Shown here piece after piece: positions 47,384 to 56,171 of a stretch of 64,000 bases of DNA. The DNA is from an uncultured Candidatus Saccharibacteria bacterium (GTDB lineage: Bacteria > Patescibacteriota > Minisyncoccia > Phycocordibacterales > WO2-35-19): positions 26,944-90,943 of the forward strand of contig CAZHPR010000001.1 in assembly GCA_964534305.1 (NCBI GenBank), given 5' to 3'. Position numbers and translations under genes: made by a program. Each line of letters begins with the position of its first letter. The first letter of the stretch is position 1. Below the pieces are notes generated by a model that was given only the letters and a program-made list of their open reading frames with translations, was not told the DNA's origin and made no database searches.

Positions 47384-47428
47384 CCCCCTCTCTTAATTTA
47401 AGAGAGGGGTTAGGGGTGAGTTATTTTT
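47384..47428. repeat. Palindromic element (solo copy) that encodes the last 5 codons and the stop codon of the ComEC MBL-domain gene
   Basis: CCCCCTCTCTTAATTTAAGAGAGGGGTTAGGGGTGAGTTATTTTT. Confidence 0.85.
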
Positions 47429-48300
47429 AGATTTACCCCATCACTCTTGAAAATAATGCTACCAGAAGTATCAGTGCGGAGAGTTTTTATATTTAATTTC
47501 TCCAAGAGGGCTAGTACTTCTTGATGCGGATGACCGTAGCGATTGTCCTTACCACTAGAGACAACTGCATACTCCGGATTTACCGCTCTTACAAAATTAT
47601 CAGAACTAGAAGTTCTTGAGCCGTGATGTCCAAGTTTTAATACATCACTTTCTAGTCCCAAGGAGAGTCCTTGGGATCTATATTTGTTTACCAAATAATT
47701 TTCTATTGCACTCGGCGAATCTCCGGTAAGCAAAAATTCATTCTCGCCATAAACAAGACGAGCAACGATTGAGGCAGTATTTGTCTCCCACCCACTTACA
47801 TCTTTTTCTGGAAACAAGATTTCCAAAAATGCTCCCCCACCCAAATTGATTTGCATGCCAGCTCTTGCAAGAATCTTTTTTATTTTTCCTCCACTTTCTA
47901 ACTTGCCAACTTGCGTCTTTAAACTTTCATATATATCTGTATCCGACTCTACCCCGGGTTCCAAAAAAAGATCTACCTCATAATTCTCTAAAATATCAAC
48001 GAGTCCCCCCACATGATCCGCATCTGGATGAGTTGCAACAACAACATCAAGAGACCGATCATAAAACTTCATCACCTTAGAAATTTCTCGAAGTACCCCC
48101 CTCCCCACCCCACCATCAACAAGAACTTGGTTGCCTGAGGGAGACTCTATAAAAATGGCATCCCCTTGCCCAACGTCCAAAAAGGCAACCGTGAGCAGTC
48201 CTCTATTATTTCTGAGATCCAAAAAAACAAAGAGAGAAATTAGGATAGCGAGAATAAACAGGATGCTCACTAAGAGTCTAATTTTTAATTTTGAACTCAT
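47410..48300 (-). CDS. Stand-alone ComEC-type metallo-beta-lactamase domain protein
   Basis: N-terminal TM anchor followed by …VAFLDVGQGDAIFIE… and …ATHPDADHVGG… (the MBL part of ComEC). Confidence 0.7.
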   Translation of the reverse strand: MSSKLKIRLLVSILFILAILISLFVFLDLRNNRGLLTVAFLDVGQGDAIFIESPSGNQVLVDGGVGRGVLREISKVMKFYDRSLDVVVATHPDADHVGGLVDILENYEVDLFLEPGVESDTDIYESLKTQVGKLESGGKIKKILARAGMQINLGGGAFLEILFPEKDVSGWETNTASIVARLVYGENEFLLTGDSPSAIENYLVNKYRSQGLSLGLESDVLKLGHHGSRTSSSDNFVRAVNPEYAVVSSGKDNRYGHPHQEVLALLEKLNIKTLRTDTSGSIIFKSDGVNLKITHP

Positions 48301-48346
48301 ACATATATGATACTATTGTAGTAATTAAGAAACTAACAAAACCAAT

Positions 48347-48943
48347 ATGAAGCAGTTTGAAGCAAAACAATTCAACATAGGAGAACTAAAAGGAATATCA
48401 GCAAAAACAATAGAAGAACATCTGAAGCTTTACCAAGGATATGTAAAACACAGCAATTTAATCTTAGAAAAAATTGAGGAGCTCGCGATAGATGCTGAAA
48501 AAAATGCCTATGCCTTAGGAGAAGTACAGAGAAGATTTGGATTTGAATACAACGGAATGAGAAATCACGAAATTTATTTTGACTCTCTTTCTCTCGGAGC
48601 AAAAGAATTAGAAGAAGGAAGTAGATTCAAGGATCAAATAGAAAAAGATTTTGGGAGCTTCGACGGCTGGCTAAATAAATTTAAATCGATCGCCCTTACT
48701 CGAGGTATCGGTTGGGCAATTCTTTATTGGGACAGGAAAGACAAAAGGTTTCTAAACGCATGGATTGATGAACAACACCTAGGCCAACTTCAAGATTGTA
48801 CCCCAATCCTTGCGCTCGATATGTGGGAGCATTCTTTTGTTGCAGACTATGCGCCGAGCGGAAAGAAAAATTATGTCGAAGATTTCTTCATCAATTTAAA
48901 CTGGCAGAAAGTAGAAGAAAACTTTGCAATGGCTACCGAATAA
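48347..48943 (+). CDS. Fe/Mn superoxide-dismutase-family protein with a divergent N-terminal His cluster
   Basis: …NHEIYF… and …LDMWEHSF… match the SOD His81 and DxWEH regions. The N-terminal HHGKHH region is replaced by EEHLKLYQGY. Confidence 0.55.
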   Translation: MKQFEAKQFNIGELKGISAKTIEEHLKLYQGYVKHSNLILEKIEELAIDAEKNAYALGEVQRRFGFEYNGMRNHEIYFDSLSLGAKELEEGSRFKDQIEKDFGSFDGWLNKFKSIALTRGIGWAILYWDRKDKRFLNAWIDEQHLGQLQDCTPILALDMWEHSFVADYAPSGKKNYVEDFFINLNWQKVEENFAMATE

Positions 48944-48962
48944 AATTTGGTATTGCATAAGA

Positions 48963-48999
48963 AACAAAAACACCCAGAACCTACTGGGTGTTTTTGTTT
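48963..48999. terminator. Bidirectional terminator between the SOD-like gene and the ComEC membrane-domain gene
   Basis: AACACCCAGaacctaCTGGGTGTT flanked by A-run and T-run. Confidence 0.7.
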
Positions 49000-50435
49000 A
49001 GACGGTGAAACAAAAATCCAAAGCCAAAATAACAAAGGATAGCAACATAATACGGAAACACTCCAACTTTGAGTGTTGCAAAGGTAAGAGAGGAAGAATG
49101 CTCAACAACTTTTATGATTATCTCTGTGAGTGTGTACGAGAGTATTCCAAACGGCCAAGAGAGAATGGTAGAAAATATTCCGACAACAGAAGTTGTGAAT
49201 CCAAAAAACATAACCACGGGGATTATTGGTAATACCAAAGGATTAACAAAAAAAGAAATTATTGAAACTTGACCAGATAAATAAAGAAGCATCGGCAACA
49301 AAAATATCTGAACAGAAAAAGTTGTTGAGACAATTTCTCTAATACCAAATTTCTCCACAAAAATATTTTTTAATTTTGAGTTCAAAATAAAATTAGAAAC
49401 GAACGGACTAAAAACTATGAGGCCGAGAGTGGCGAGGAAAGATAATTGAAAAGACGGATCATCAAAGAGGATTGGTGGATTCCAAAGTATCATCAAAAAG
49501 GCAGCAACAAAGAGCGACCGCAGAGCACTCTCTGGTCTACCCAGATACTTTGCAAGTAGTGCAATAAGAGACATTATAATCGACCTTATTACCGTCGCAC
49601 CGAGCCCGACCATAACTCCAAACAAAATTACAAATACAGCACCAACAAAAAATCCTAAATTTCTTCTTCCAAGATAAGAAGCGAGATAGAGTAAAGCTGA
49701 AGCGACAATGGTTATATTGTAGCCAGAGAGAACAACTATATGGACAAGACCCACATCTCTAAATTTGTCGAGCAACTCTGTTCCTAGAGATTGCTTGGCA
49801 CCAAAAAGTAGGCCCGCCGCAAGAGAGGCATTGGGTTCTGGAACAACCTCTTTTATATTAGCAACCAAAAAATTTTTTATAGAAAATATTTTTTTGAAAA
49901 AACTATTACCGCTTTTTTCTAGAGTTATTTTGGGTTGATACAAAATAAAATGTATTTTGTCTTTTGCTAAGTAAGAAACATAATCAAATTCCAAACCTGT
50001 ATCTGTCGTAAAGTTTTTTGGTAGCGACAATTTACCAGAAATATTTACCCTGTCTCCATAGTCAAACTTGAGAGACCGAGAAGATACGACCAACACCCGA
50101 CTCTCCGAGTGATCAGGTTGCACCACATACCGATAGCTATCATCTCTCTCGTCTCTCTCTTCAACTATATTTGCTCCAAAGGATACTTCTTTACCCACAC
50201 TATTATAAAAATATGGATCTACCGTTGCAGCGGCAAAAAACATCCTGAGCAGTCCAACAAAAAACAATACCGAGATTATAAATAAATTTTTTGTTAAGTT
50301 TCTTTTATAAACAATTACAAAAAATAAGGAAACAAAAAATAACAAACCAAGAAACAATAAAAAGTATAAGTCCGGATTAAAATATTTTTGAAAAATTATA
50401 CCAACCAAAAAAGATATTACTGCGTAATATATCAT
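48981..50435 (-). CDS. comEC: ComEC/Rec2 membrane (DUF4131 + competence) domain protein lacking the MBL domain
   Basis: Many TM helices with a periplasmic OB-like insert. The MBL domain is encoded separately at 47410-48300. Confidence 0.7.
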   Translation of the reverse strand: MIYYAVISFLVGIIFQKYFNPDLYFLLFLGLLFFVSLFFVIVYKRNLTKNLFIISVLFFVGLLRMFFAAATVDPYFYNSVGKEVSFGANIVEERDERDDSYRYVVQPDHSESRVLVVSSRSLKFDYGDRVNISGKLSLPKNFTTDTGLEFDYVSYLAKDKIHFILYQPKITLEKSGNSFFKKIFSIKNFLVANIKEVVPEPNASLAAGLLFGAKQSLGTELLDKFRDVGLVHIVVLSGYNITIVASALLYLASYLGRRNLGFFVGAVFVILFGVMVGLGATVIRSIIMSLIALLAKYLGRPESALRSLFVAAFLMILWNPPILFDDPSFQLSFLATLGLIVFSPFVSNFILNSKLKNIFVEKFGIREIVSTTFSVQIFLLPMLLYLSGQVSIISFFVNPLVLPIIPVVMFFGFTTSVVGIFSTILSWPFGILSYTLTEIIIKVVEHSSSLTFATLKVGVFPYYVAILCYFGFGFLFHRLNKNTQ

Positions 50436-50926
50436 TCTTTAAACTTATATCCGGATTCATCTCCTTCGTATAGATCAATATGACTACCATCTGCCATGGT
50501 GGTTGCAATCTCGTCACACCTTTCGTTGAGTTCGTGCCCCGAGTGGCCGGCTACTTTTTTCCATTCTACATTTCTCTTTTGTGTCTCTAGAAGTAGCGTC
50601 TCCCATAAGTCTTGGTTCAAAACTGGATCTTTGCTTTTTGTCCGCCAACCATTTTTTTGCCAAGAATGTACCCACATTGTAATCCCCTTTATCAAATATT
50701 CAGAGTCTGAATAAATTTCTATTTCTGAGTTCTCTCCAGTACTCCTTAGGGATTCTATTGCGGCGATCATCTCCATCCTGTTGTTAGTCGTCCTCTCCTC
50801 CCTCCCCCCAAGTTCTTTGATCTGGATACTAGATGCTTGCTGCTCACTGCTTATTATTATAGCCCCCCATCCTCCCGGCCCCGGATTGCCCTTGGACGAC
50901 CCATCAGTGTAAATTCTAATTTTCAT
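50432..50926 (-). CDS. rnhA: Ribonuclease HI
   Basis: …IYTDGSSKGNPGPGGWG…, …E…D… catalytic residues, …VKGHSGHELNERCDE…. Confidence 0.85.
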   Translation of the reverse strand: MKIRIYTDGSSKGNPGPGGWGAIIISSEQQASSIQIKELGGREERTTNNRMEMIAAIESLRSTGENSEIEIYSDSEYLIKGITMWVHSWQKNGWRTKSKDPVLNQDLWETLLLETQKRNVEWKKVAGHSGHELNERCDEIATTMADGSHIDLYEGDESGYKFKE

Positions 50927-51202
50927 ACAAAAATATTATCACATAAATAATCTTCTTGGTCCCCCGTCCGCTTCGATAAGGCATCCAACAATCCTTATAT
51001 AAAAAATGGTTGCAAAAAATTATATTTGGGTTATAATCTTAAATGGAAAACTCAACAACCTTGATCTCTCGGTTTCCTGATCAAGAGGGGCTCGGAAGAA
51101 GAGCGTTCCATAATATAGAGAGATTCTATAGTATACACTACCCAAGTGGTAGTGACTTGGAAAAGGAAAAAGGCAGGTAGTCTCCAAACGGTGACCCTGC
51201 CT

Positions 51203-51889
51203 TTAATTTTTGCCCGAACCAAACGATCCGGAGAGACGGGAGCTGAACCATCGGCGCTCAGACCATCTGACCCTGATTTCCCTTTTCCACTTTTTGTTAA
51301 ACTCCTTCACTATCTCTTTGTGGACACGGGATTGAAATTCAGGAGAAATCTCTGCTGGTCTGTGAGTGTATCTCACCTCAAGTTCATGACGAACAAAACC
51401 AGAAACTCGGTACATATACCGATGCGGAAGAATCCACTGCCAAGCATCATGCTCAAGCAACTGGCTCAAATCCTGCGCCGGAAAAACAATGAAGTCCAAG
51501 GTCCACTTAAGGTATAGAGACTTGTTGCCCCTTGGAATACAGAGCTTCTCGCAGGCTTCGAGGAGAAATCTTATCCTGCTAAAAAAGTTCTGTTTTGCAA
51601 AACAACTCCTCGAGTCTCTAAAAAGATTGAGCCGAACCTGCTTAAATGTCTCCTGAAATTCGTACTTATCAGCAAACAACGACTCGTTTCCCAAAGAAAG
51701 ATCATGGTAGTGACTCAATGTCTTTTTGAATCGATATAAGGATACAACTATCATCCTCACATCATCATCGTCAAGCGAAAAGTCTGAGACCATCTTGCTT
51801 AGGATACGAGCCTCAGCAGAACTCATGCTGGCAACCATTGCTTCGTGAGAAACATTGGTGCCAACAAGCACATCGATCAATGTCTCCAC
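51203..51889 (-). CDS. Hypothetical protein in a G+C-richer island
   Basis: Long ORF with a terminator hairpin at 51164-51208. No family assignment. Confidence 0.35.
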   Translation of the reverse strand: METLIDVLVGTNVSHEAMVASMSSAEARILSKMVSDFSLDDDDVRMIVVSLYRFKKTLSHYHDLSLGNESLFADKYEFQETFKQVRLNLFRDSRSCFAKQNFFSRIRFLLEACEKLCIPRGNKSLYLKWTLDFIVFPAQDLSQLLEHDAWQWILPHRYMYRVSGFVRHELEVRYTHRPAEISPEFQSRVHKEIVKEFNKKWKREIRVRWSERRWFSSRLSGSFGSGKN

Positions 51890-51922
51890 GAAACACCTCC
51901 ATTTAAAACTATAACATTATTA

Positions 51923-53599
51923 CTAGAAAAAATCAACAATACGAAGGCGGACTTCTGGGTGATCACCACGCCAGAAAGATAACTCAATTTGAGCGCAAAC
52001 GTTGGTAGAAATGCCTTCTTTTAGACTATCCCCCCACGAATCAGGATTGGAGAAAAAGGAAATCGCCTTTACTGTCTTGCTTCCATCTCTAAGGGTAATC
52101 GAGAGGTGGTCTTTGTTCTTGCCAAACCGTTCTACCCTCTCTGGCAAAACGTTATAAAAAACAAACTTCGGCTTTTCGTTGCCGACCCCAAACGGCGCCA
52201 GTCTATTTATCATCTCAGCAGTTTGTATATTTACATCTTTTAGTCTCAGCTCAAGATCAACTATTTCCTCTGTTTCGGATTTTAATATATGAGTACCCGC
52301 CTCAACTAAGTTGCTTTCCAAATTATGAATGGCCTCTTCAGAAATTGAGAACCCACCAGAGAGTTTGTGACCACCAAATTCTATAAAACTTGTCTTTGTC
52401 CTCTCCATAAGGGCAACGAGATCTGTAGAACCATCTGATCGGCAAGAACCTTTTATCACCATACCGCTCTCCCTACCCCAAACAAAAACCGGTCTTTTGT
52501 ATTCTTCTGATATAGAGTTTGCAGCAAGTCCCAAAAGAGAAGGTCTCCAGTCTACATTGCCTACAACTATAACAGACTTCTCACCCTCACTTTCAAACCT
52601 ATTTTTTAAAGTATGTTTTATTTCTTTTACTATAGCAGCGACAATACCCTTTCTCTCATTGTTTAGTTTTTCAAGATGCTTTGCAATACCTTCCGCCTCT
52701 GCTTCATTCTCTACAACCAACAAATCAAAGGCGTCCCGAGGTTTACCCATACGAGAGGCAGCATTTATTCTAGGAGTTATGAGAAAACCGATATCATCTT
52801 CGTTTATATTTTTTGAATTTATATTGAGCGTTTTGTAGAGCTTTCTGAGCCCCGGACGCTTTGTCTTACCAAGTACTTTTAGCCCAAAGTGAGCCAGAGC
52901 TCTGTTTTCACCAAGAAGTGGTACCATATCAGAAAGGGTTGCAATACCAACTAAATCAAGCAACCACTTCTCCTGTCCTTCTTTAAGCAAACCTCTTTTT
53001 TTTATTAAAATTGCCTGAATTAATTTCCAAACAATCCCAGACCCACAAAGAAAATTTTCTGGATACTTTGAATCTGGCATCTTATGGTTCACTATTGCAA
53101 AAGCATCTGGCAATGACTCCCCGGCCTCGTGATGGTCTGTGATTATTACTTCTAGGCCCAACTTATTTACATGGTCTACCTCCTCGACATCTCTTATTCC
53201 GCAATCTACTGTTATCATAAGCTGGACTCCTGAACTTGCGATTTCTGCAACTCCTTCACTGTTTAAACCATAACCTTCTTCGTGCCGGTGAGGGATGTAG
53301 TTTATAAAATTATTAAATCCGATCAACTTAAAAAAATCATGGAGAAGAGCTCCTCCTGGAATACCGTCCGCATCATAATCACTCCAAATACAAATCTTTT
53401 GATTACTATCTATTGCAAAGATTATCCTATCAACCGCTCTTTCCATATCTGGCAAAAGAAACGGATCGTGTAGGTGGTCATCAAAGTCGGGGTTTAGAAA
53501 CTTACTTTTCTGCTCTGCGGTTTCTATCCCTCGGTTATACAGAAGTTGATCCACCAAGTCTGTGTATTTGCTTTCTTTGACTGAGTATTTTTTTGGCAT
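51923..53599 (-). CDS. recJ: Single-stranded-DNA-specific exonuclease RecJ
   Basis: DHH motifs (…ITDHHEAG…) and DHHA1 domain. The ORF-track N-terminal 112 codons look spurious, so the start was set at the Met at 53599. Confidence 0.8.
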   Translation of the reverse strand: MPKKYSVKESKYTDLVDQLLYNRGIETAEQKSKFLNPDFDDHLHDPFLLPDMERAVDRIIFAIDSNQKICIWSDYDADGIPGGALLHDFFKLIGFNNFINYIPHRHEEGYGLNSEGVAEIASSGVQLMITVDCGIRDVEEVDHVNKLGLEVIITDHHEAGESLPDAFAIVNHKMPDSKYPENFLCGSGIVWKLIQAILIKKRGLLKEGQEKWLLDLVGIATLSDMVPLLGENRALAHFGLKVLGKTKRPGLRKLYKTLNINSKNINEDDIGFLITPRINAASRMGKPRDAFDLLVVENEAEAEGIAKHLEKLNNERKGIVAAIVKEIKHTLKNRFESEGEKSVIVVGNVDWRPSLLGLAANSISEEYKRPVFVWGRESGMVIKGSCRSDGSTDLVALMERTKTSFIEFGGHKLSGGFSISEEAIHNLESNLVEAGTHILKSETEEIVDLELRLKDVNIQTAEMINRLAPFGVGNEKPKFVFYNVLPERVERFGKNKDHLSITLRDGSKTVKAISFFSNPDSWGDSLKEGISTNVCAQIELSFWRGDHPEVRLRIVDFF

Positions 53600-53622
53600 A
53601 AAAAAGATGATACCATAATGCC

Positions 53623-54003
53623 ATGAATAACTGCATTTTTTGCAAAATAGTAAAAAAAGAGATACCAGCCCATATTGTCTACGAAGACAATAATTTCTTG
53701 GCCTTTCTTGATATAAACCCAACTTCTCCTGGACATGTACAAGTAATTCCCAAAGAGCATCACAGATGGGTTTGGGACGTTCCAAATATCGGTGAATATT
53801 TCGAAATAGTAAGAAAAATAGCAAAGGCACAACAAAAAGCCTTTGGTACAGATTGGATACTTTCAAAAATAGTCGGTGAGGATGTAGAGCACGCCCACAT
53901 CTGGGTCTTTCCTGGCTCGTCGGCAGGCGGACCAAACAAAGAAATAAAAGCAGATCTCAAAGATTTTGAAACAAACAAAAATAAAATTATAGAGAATTTA
54001 TAG
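53623..54003 (+). CDS. HIT-family (histidine triad) protein
   Basis: …CIFCKI… N-terminus and HxHxHxx motif (HAHIWVF). Confidence 0.85.
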   Translation: MNNCIFCKIVKKEIPAHIVYEDNNFLAFLDINPTSPGHVQVIPKEHHRWVWDVPNIGEYFEIVRKIAKAQQKAFGTDWILSKIVGEDVEHAHIWVFPGSSAGGPNKEIKADLKDFETNKNKIIENL

Positions 54004-54020
54004 TGATTTCTTTTTTATTT

Positions 54021-54983
54021 TTAATCTAACGCTTCGATTCCAGGGAGGGTCCCATTGGCAAGGAAGTCGAGCATGGCGCCGCCAGCAGTCGAGACGAAGG
54101 TAAATTTGTCTTCTATATTAAGTTCTTTGATAGCCGAGAGAGTATCTCCACCGCCCACTATCACCTCCACTTTTTCATGTAATTCTGCTAGTCCTTGGGC
54201 AAGGGCTTTGGTCCCCTCAGTATATCCATTTTCATAATTACCCAAAGGGCCGTTCCACAAAACAAATTTAGAGACTCTCGCCTTTTCTAAAATAAGATCA
54301 ACAGTTGGCAAATCGGCATCGAGAGCTGAGTAATCACAGAGAGGAAAAAATATTTTAGGATTGGAAGAAAGTTTGGGGTCTTTCGAAGCCGGTAGAGCAA
54401 GAGTGCCCCCAACAAACACTACATCCGCAATATCTAAAAACTTTTCTAAAAGTGGAATCTTGGTCTCAAGTTTTGCACCACCAAGTATAAACAGAAATGG
54501 GTGGAGCGGATTAAAGGCTTTTGAAAGATTCTCTACTTCTTTCATAAAATTTATTCCTGCATACTTTTCACTCATAAAATTTGGTACTCCCACTACTGAA
54601 GCATGGCTTCGGTGAGAAACCGAAAACGCTTCATTAACATAAATCTCCCCCTGAGCAGCGAGCTCTTTTGCAAAACTTTCATCGTTTTCTTCTTCTCTAC
54701 TATCTATTCTTAGATTTGGCAAAAATTCTACGTGTGTTTTTAAAATAGGAAATTTGTTTTTTGCATATTCAAAAACCGGATCCATAGATTCTCCTGCCCT
54801 ACCAAAATGGCTCATCAAAACAACCTTGCCATTATTATCCAGTATATATTTTATTGTTTCTAATGAGGCAAAAATCCTTGAATCATCAGAAACCCTACCG
54901 TTTTTATCTACTGGCACATTCCAATCAACTCGGAGTAATACCCTTTTACCATCAAAATTTTTGACTGAAGTTATTGGCTTCAT
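54021..54983 (-). CDS. pgk: Phosphoglycerate kinase (compact, 320 aa)
   Basis: N-terminal …KRVLLRVDWNVPVD…DDSRI…S…TI… PGK signature. Confidence 0.8.
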   Translation of the reverse strand: MKPITSVKNFDGKRVLLRVDWNVPVDKNGRVSDDSRIFASLETIKYILDNNGKVVLMSHFGRAGESMDPVFEYAKNKFPILKTHVEFLPNLRIDSREEENDESFAKELAAQGEIYVNEAFSVSHRSHASVVGVPNFMSEKYAGINFMKEVENLSKAFNPLHPFLFILGGAKLETKIPLLEKFLDIADVVFVGGTLALPASKDPKLSSNPKIFFPLCDYSALDADLPTVDLILEKARVSKFVLWNGPLGNYENGYTEGTKALAQGLAELHEKVEVIVGGGDTLSAIKELNIEDKFTFVSTAGGAMLDFLANGTLPGIEALD

Positions 54984-55063
54984 ACTTTATATTTTAGCAG
55001 ATTAATAACTCACCCCCTATCCCCCTCTCTTACAACAAGAGAGGGGGGACCAAAAAATACAAT

Positions 55064-55624
55064 CTATTTCTGATTAAAATACTCTGGAATCTCATTTGCT
55101 TTAATAATAATCCTGTTTGGGAACATATTTCGTAGCTCATCCACCAAGGGATAAAATTTTGTGTTAACCACTAAAGATCCTACATTAATTTTAAACAAAC
55201 CTGTTTCGTCTGGTCTTTGTGGTTTTCCACCTGGAAATGGGTTGTCTTTTTCTAAAACAACTAAAAAATTACACTGGGTCATAAATCCTCCAAACATACC
55301 GCCTAATTTTCCAACGTCTCCTTTTATTCCACCATTTGAAAGAATGTTCAGAGCTGCTGTTACCCATTCAAGGTCTCTACCCCTAGTAATTCCGTGTGCC
55401 AAATAATTATTTAAAACTTCTGTTGGTATATCTCTCAGATAATAGTCAATGGCATTTTGATACCTTTCGGTTGCAAAAGGAGGATTCCATCCGTTTACAT
55501 CTTGATTAGCTTGAGCTGTTATTTCGGCATCGTATTTTTCAAGTAGCTCCTGAGCCACTTTCTCAGATTCCCCAAAAGGGACGAATTCTTGTTTTGGTTG
55601 TGGGTTTTGTGGTTGATTTTCCAT
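55064..55624 (-). CDS. Hypothetical protein (cargo gene of the cassette)
   Basis: ORF only. Gly-rich central segment. No family assignment. Confidence 0.4.
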   Translation of the reverse strand: MENQPQNPQPKQEFVPFGESEKVAQELLEKYDAEITAQANQDVNGWNPPFATERYQNAIDYYLRDIPTEVLNNYLAHGITRGRDLEWVTAALNILSNGGIKGDVGKLGGMFGGFMTQCNFLVVLEKDNPFPGGKPQRPDETGLFKINVGSLVVNTKFYPLVDELRNMFPNRIIIKANEIPEYFNQK

Positions 55625-55647
55625 ATTATCCAGGCCGCTAATTATTC

Positions 55648-55998
55648 TTATAATTTTAATTCTGTACTTCTTCTGATATTTTCTAAAACTTTATCCAAGT
55701 TGTTTAAAATATCATTATTCCAAAATCTTATAGTTCTTATATCTTTATCTTTTAAAAAGTCCTCGCGTTCTTGGTCGTATTCTACAGCACTTTTATGTTG
55801 TTCACCATCTAGTTCTATCGCAAGTCTTTTTTCTGCACAAAAGAAATCTAGTATATACGGGCCTGCACTATATTGTCTTAAAAATTTTAAATTGTTTACT
55901 TGTCTGTTCCTAATTTTTGACCAAAGGAGTCTTTCTGCTTCAGTTTGATTTGACCTGAGTTCACGTCGTCGCTCTAGTTGGTTTTGGTCGTTATACAT
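55648..55998 (-). CDS. DUF559 (Vsr-like) endonuclease-domain protein
   Basis: …EAERLLWSKIRNRQVNNLKFLRQYSAGPYILDFFCAEKRLAIELDGEQH…IRFWNN… Start set at the ATG at 55998; the ORF-track TTG start reads into the repeat. Confidence 0.85.
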   Translation of the reverse strand: MYNDQNQLERRRELRSNQTEAERLLWSKIRNRQVNNLKFLRQYSAGPYILDFFCAEKRLAIELDGEQHKSAVEYDQEREDFLKDKDIRTIRFWNNDILNNLDKVLENIRRSTELKL

Positions 55999-56171
55999 AT
56001 TTGTATGATTCCGGTTTCCCCCTTGTTGTAAGGGGTGAGAATGCGCAGTATTCGCAAGACTTTTTGAGATATTTTTATGCAATTAAAATATCCAAAAAGT
56101 GTACAGTCCTTGTAAGGGATTAGGGGGGTTATTCCCCCTATCTTGTTGTAAGAGAGGGGTTAGGGGGTGAG

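Noticed and set aside
51146-51517. 123-aa plus-strand ORF
   Set aside because: Antisense to the 51203-51889 gene, and its 5' end coincides with a terminator hairpin; judged spurious.
53600-53935. 112-codon N-terminal extension of the recJ ORF
   Set aside because: It is hydrophobic and low-complexity, overlaps the divergent HIT gene, and has no counterpart in RecJ. The Met at 53599 precedes the DHH domain at normal spacing.
55999-56082. N-terminal 28-codon extension of the DUF559 ORFs (TTG start, MHKNISKSLANTAHSHPLQQGGNRNHTN…), also at 62969-63052
   Set aside because: The extension simply reads through the flanking palindromic repeat (CCCCTTGTTGTAAGGGG). The conserved DUF559 domain begins at the downstream ATG, so starts were set at 55998 and 62968.
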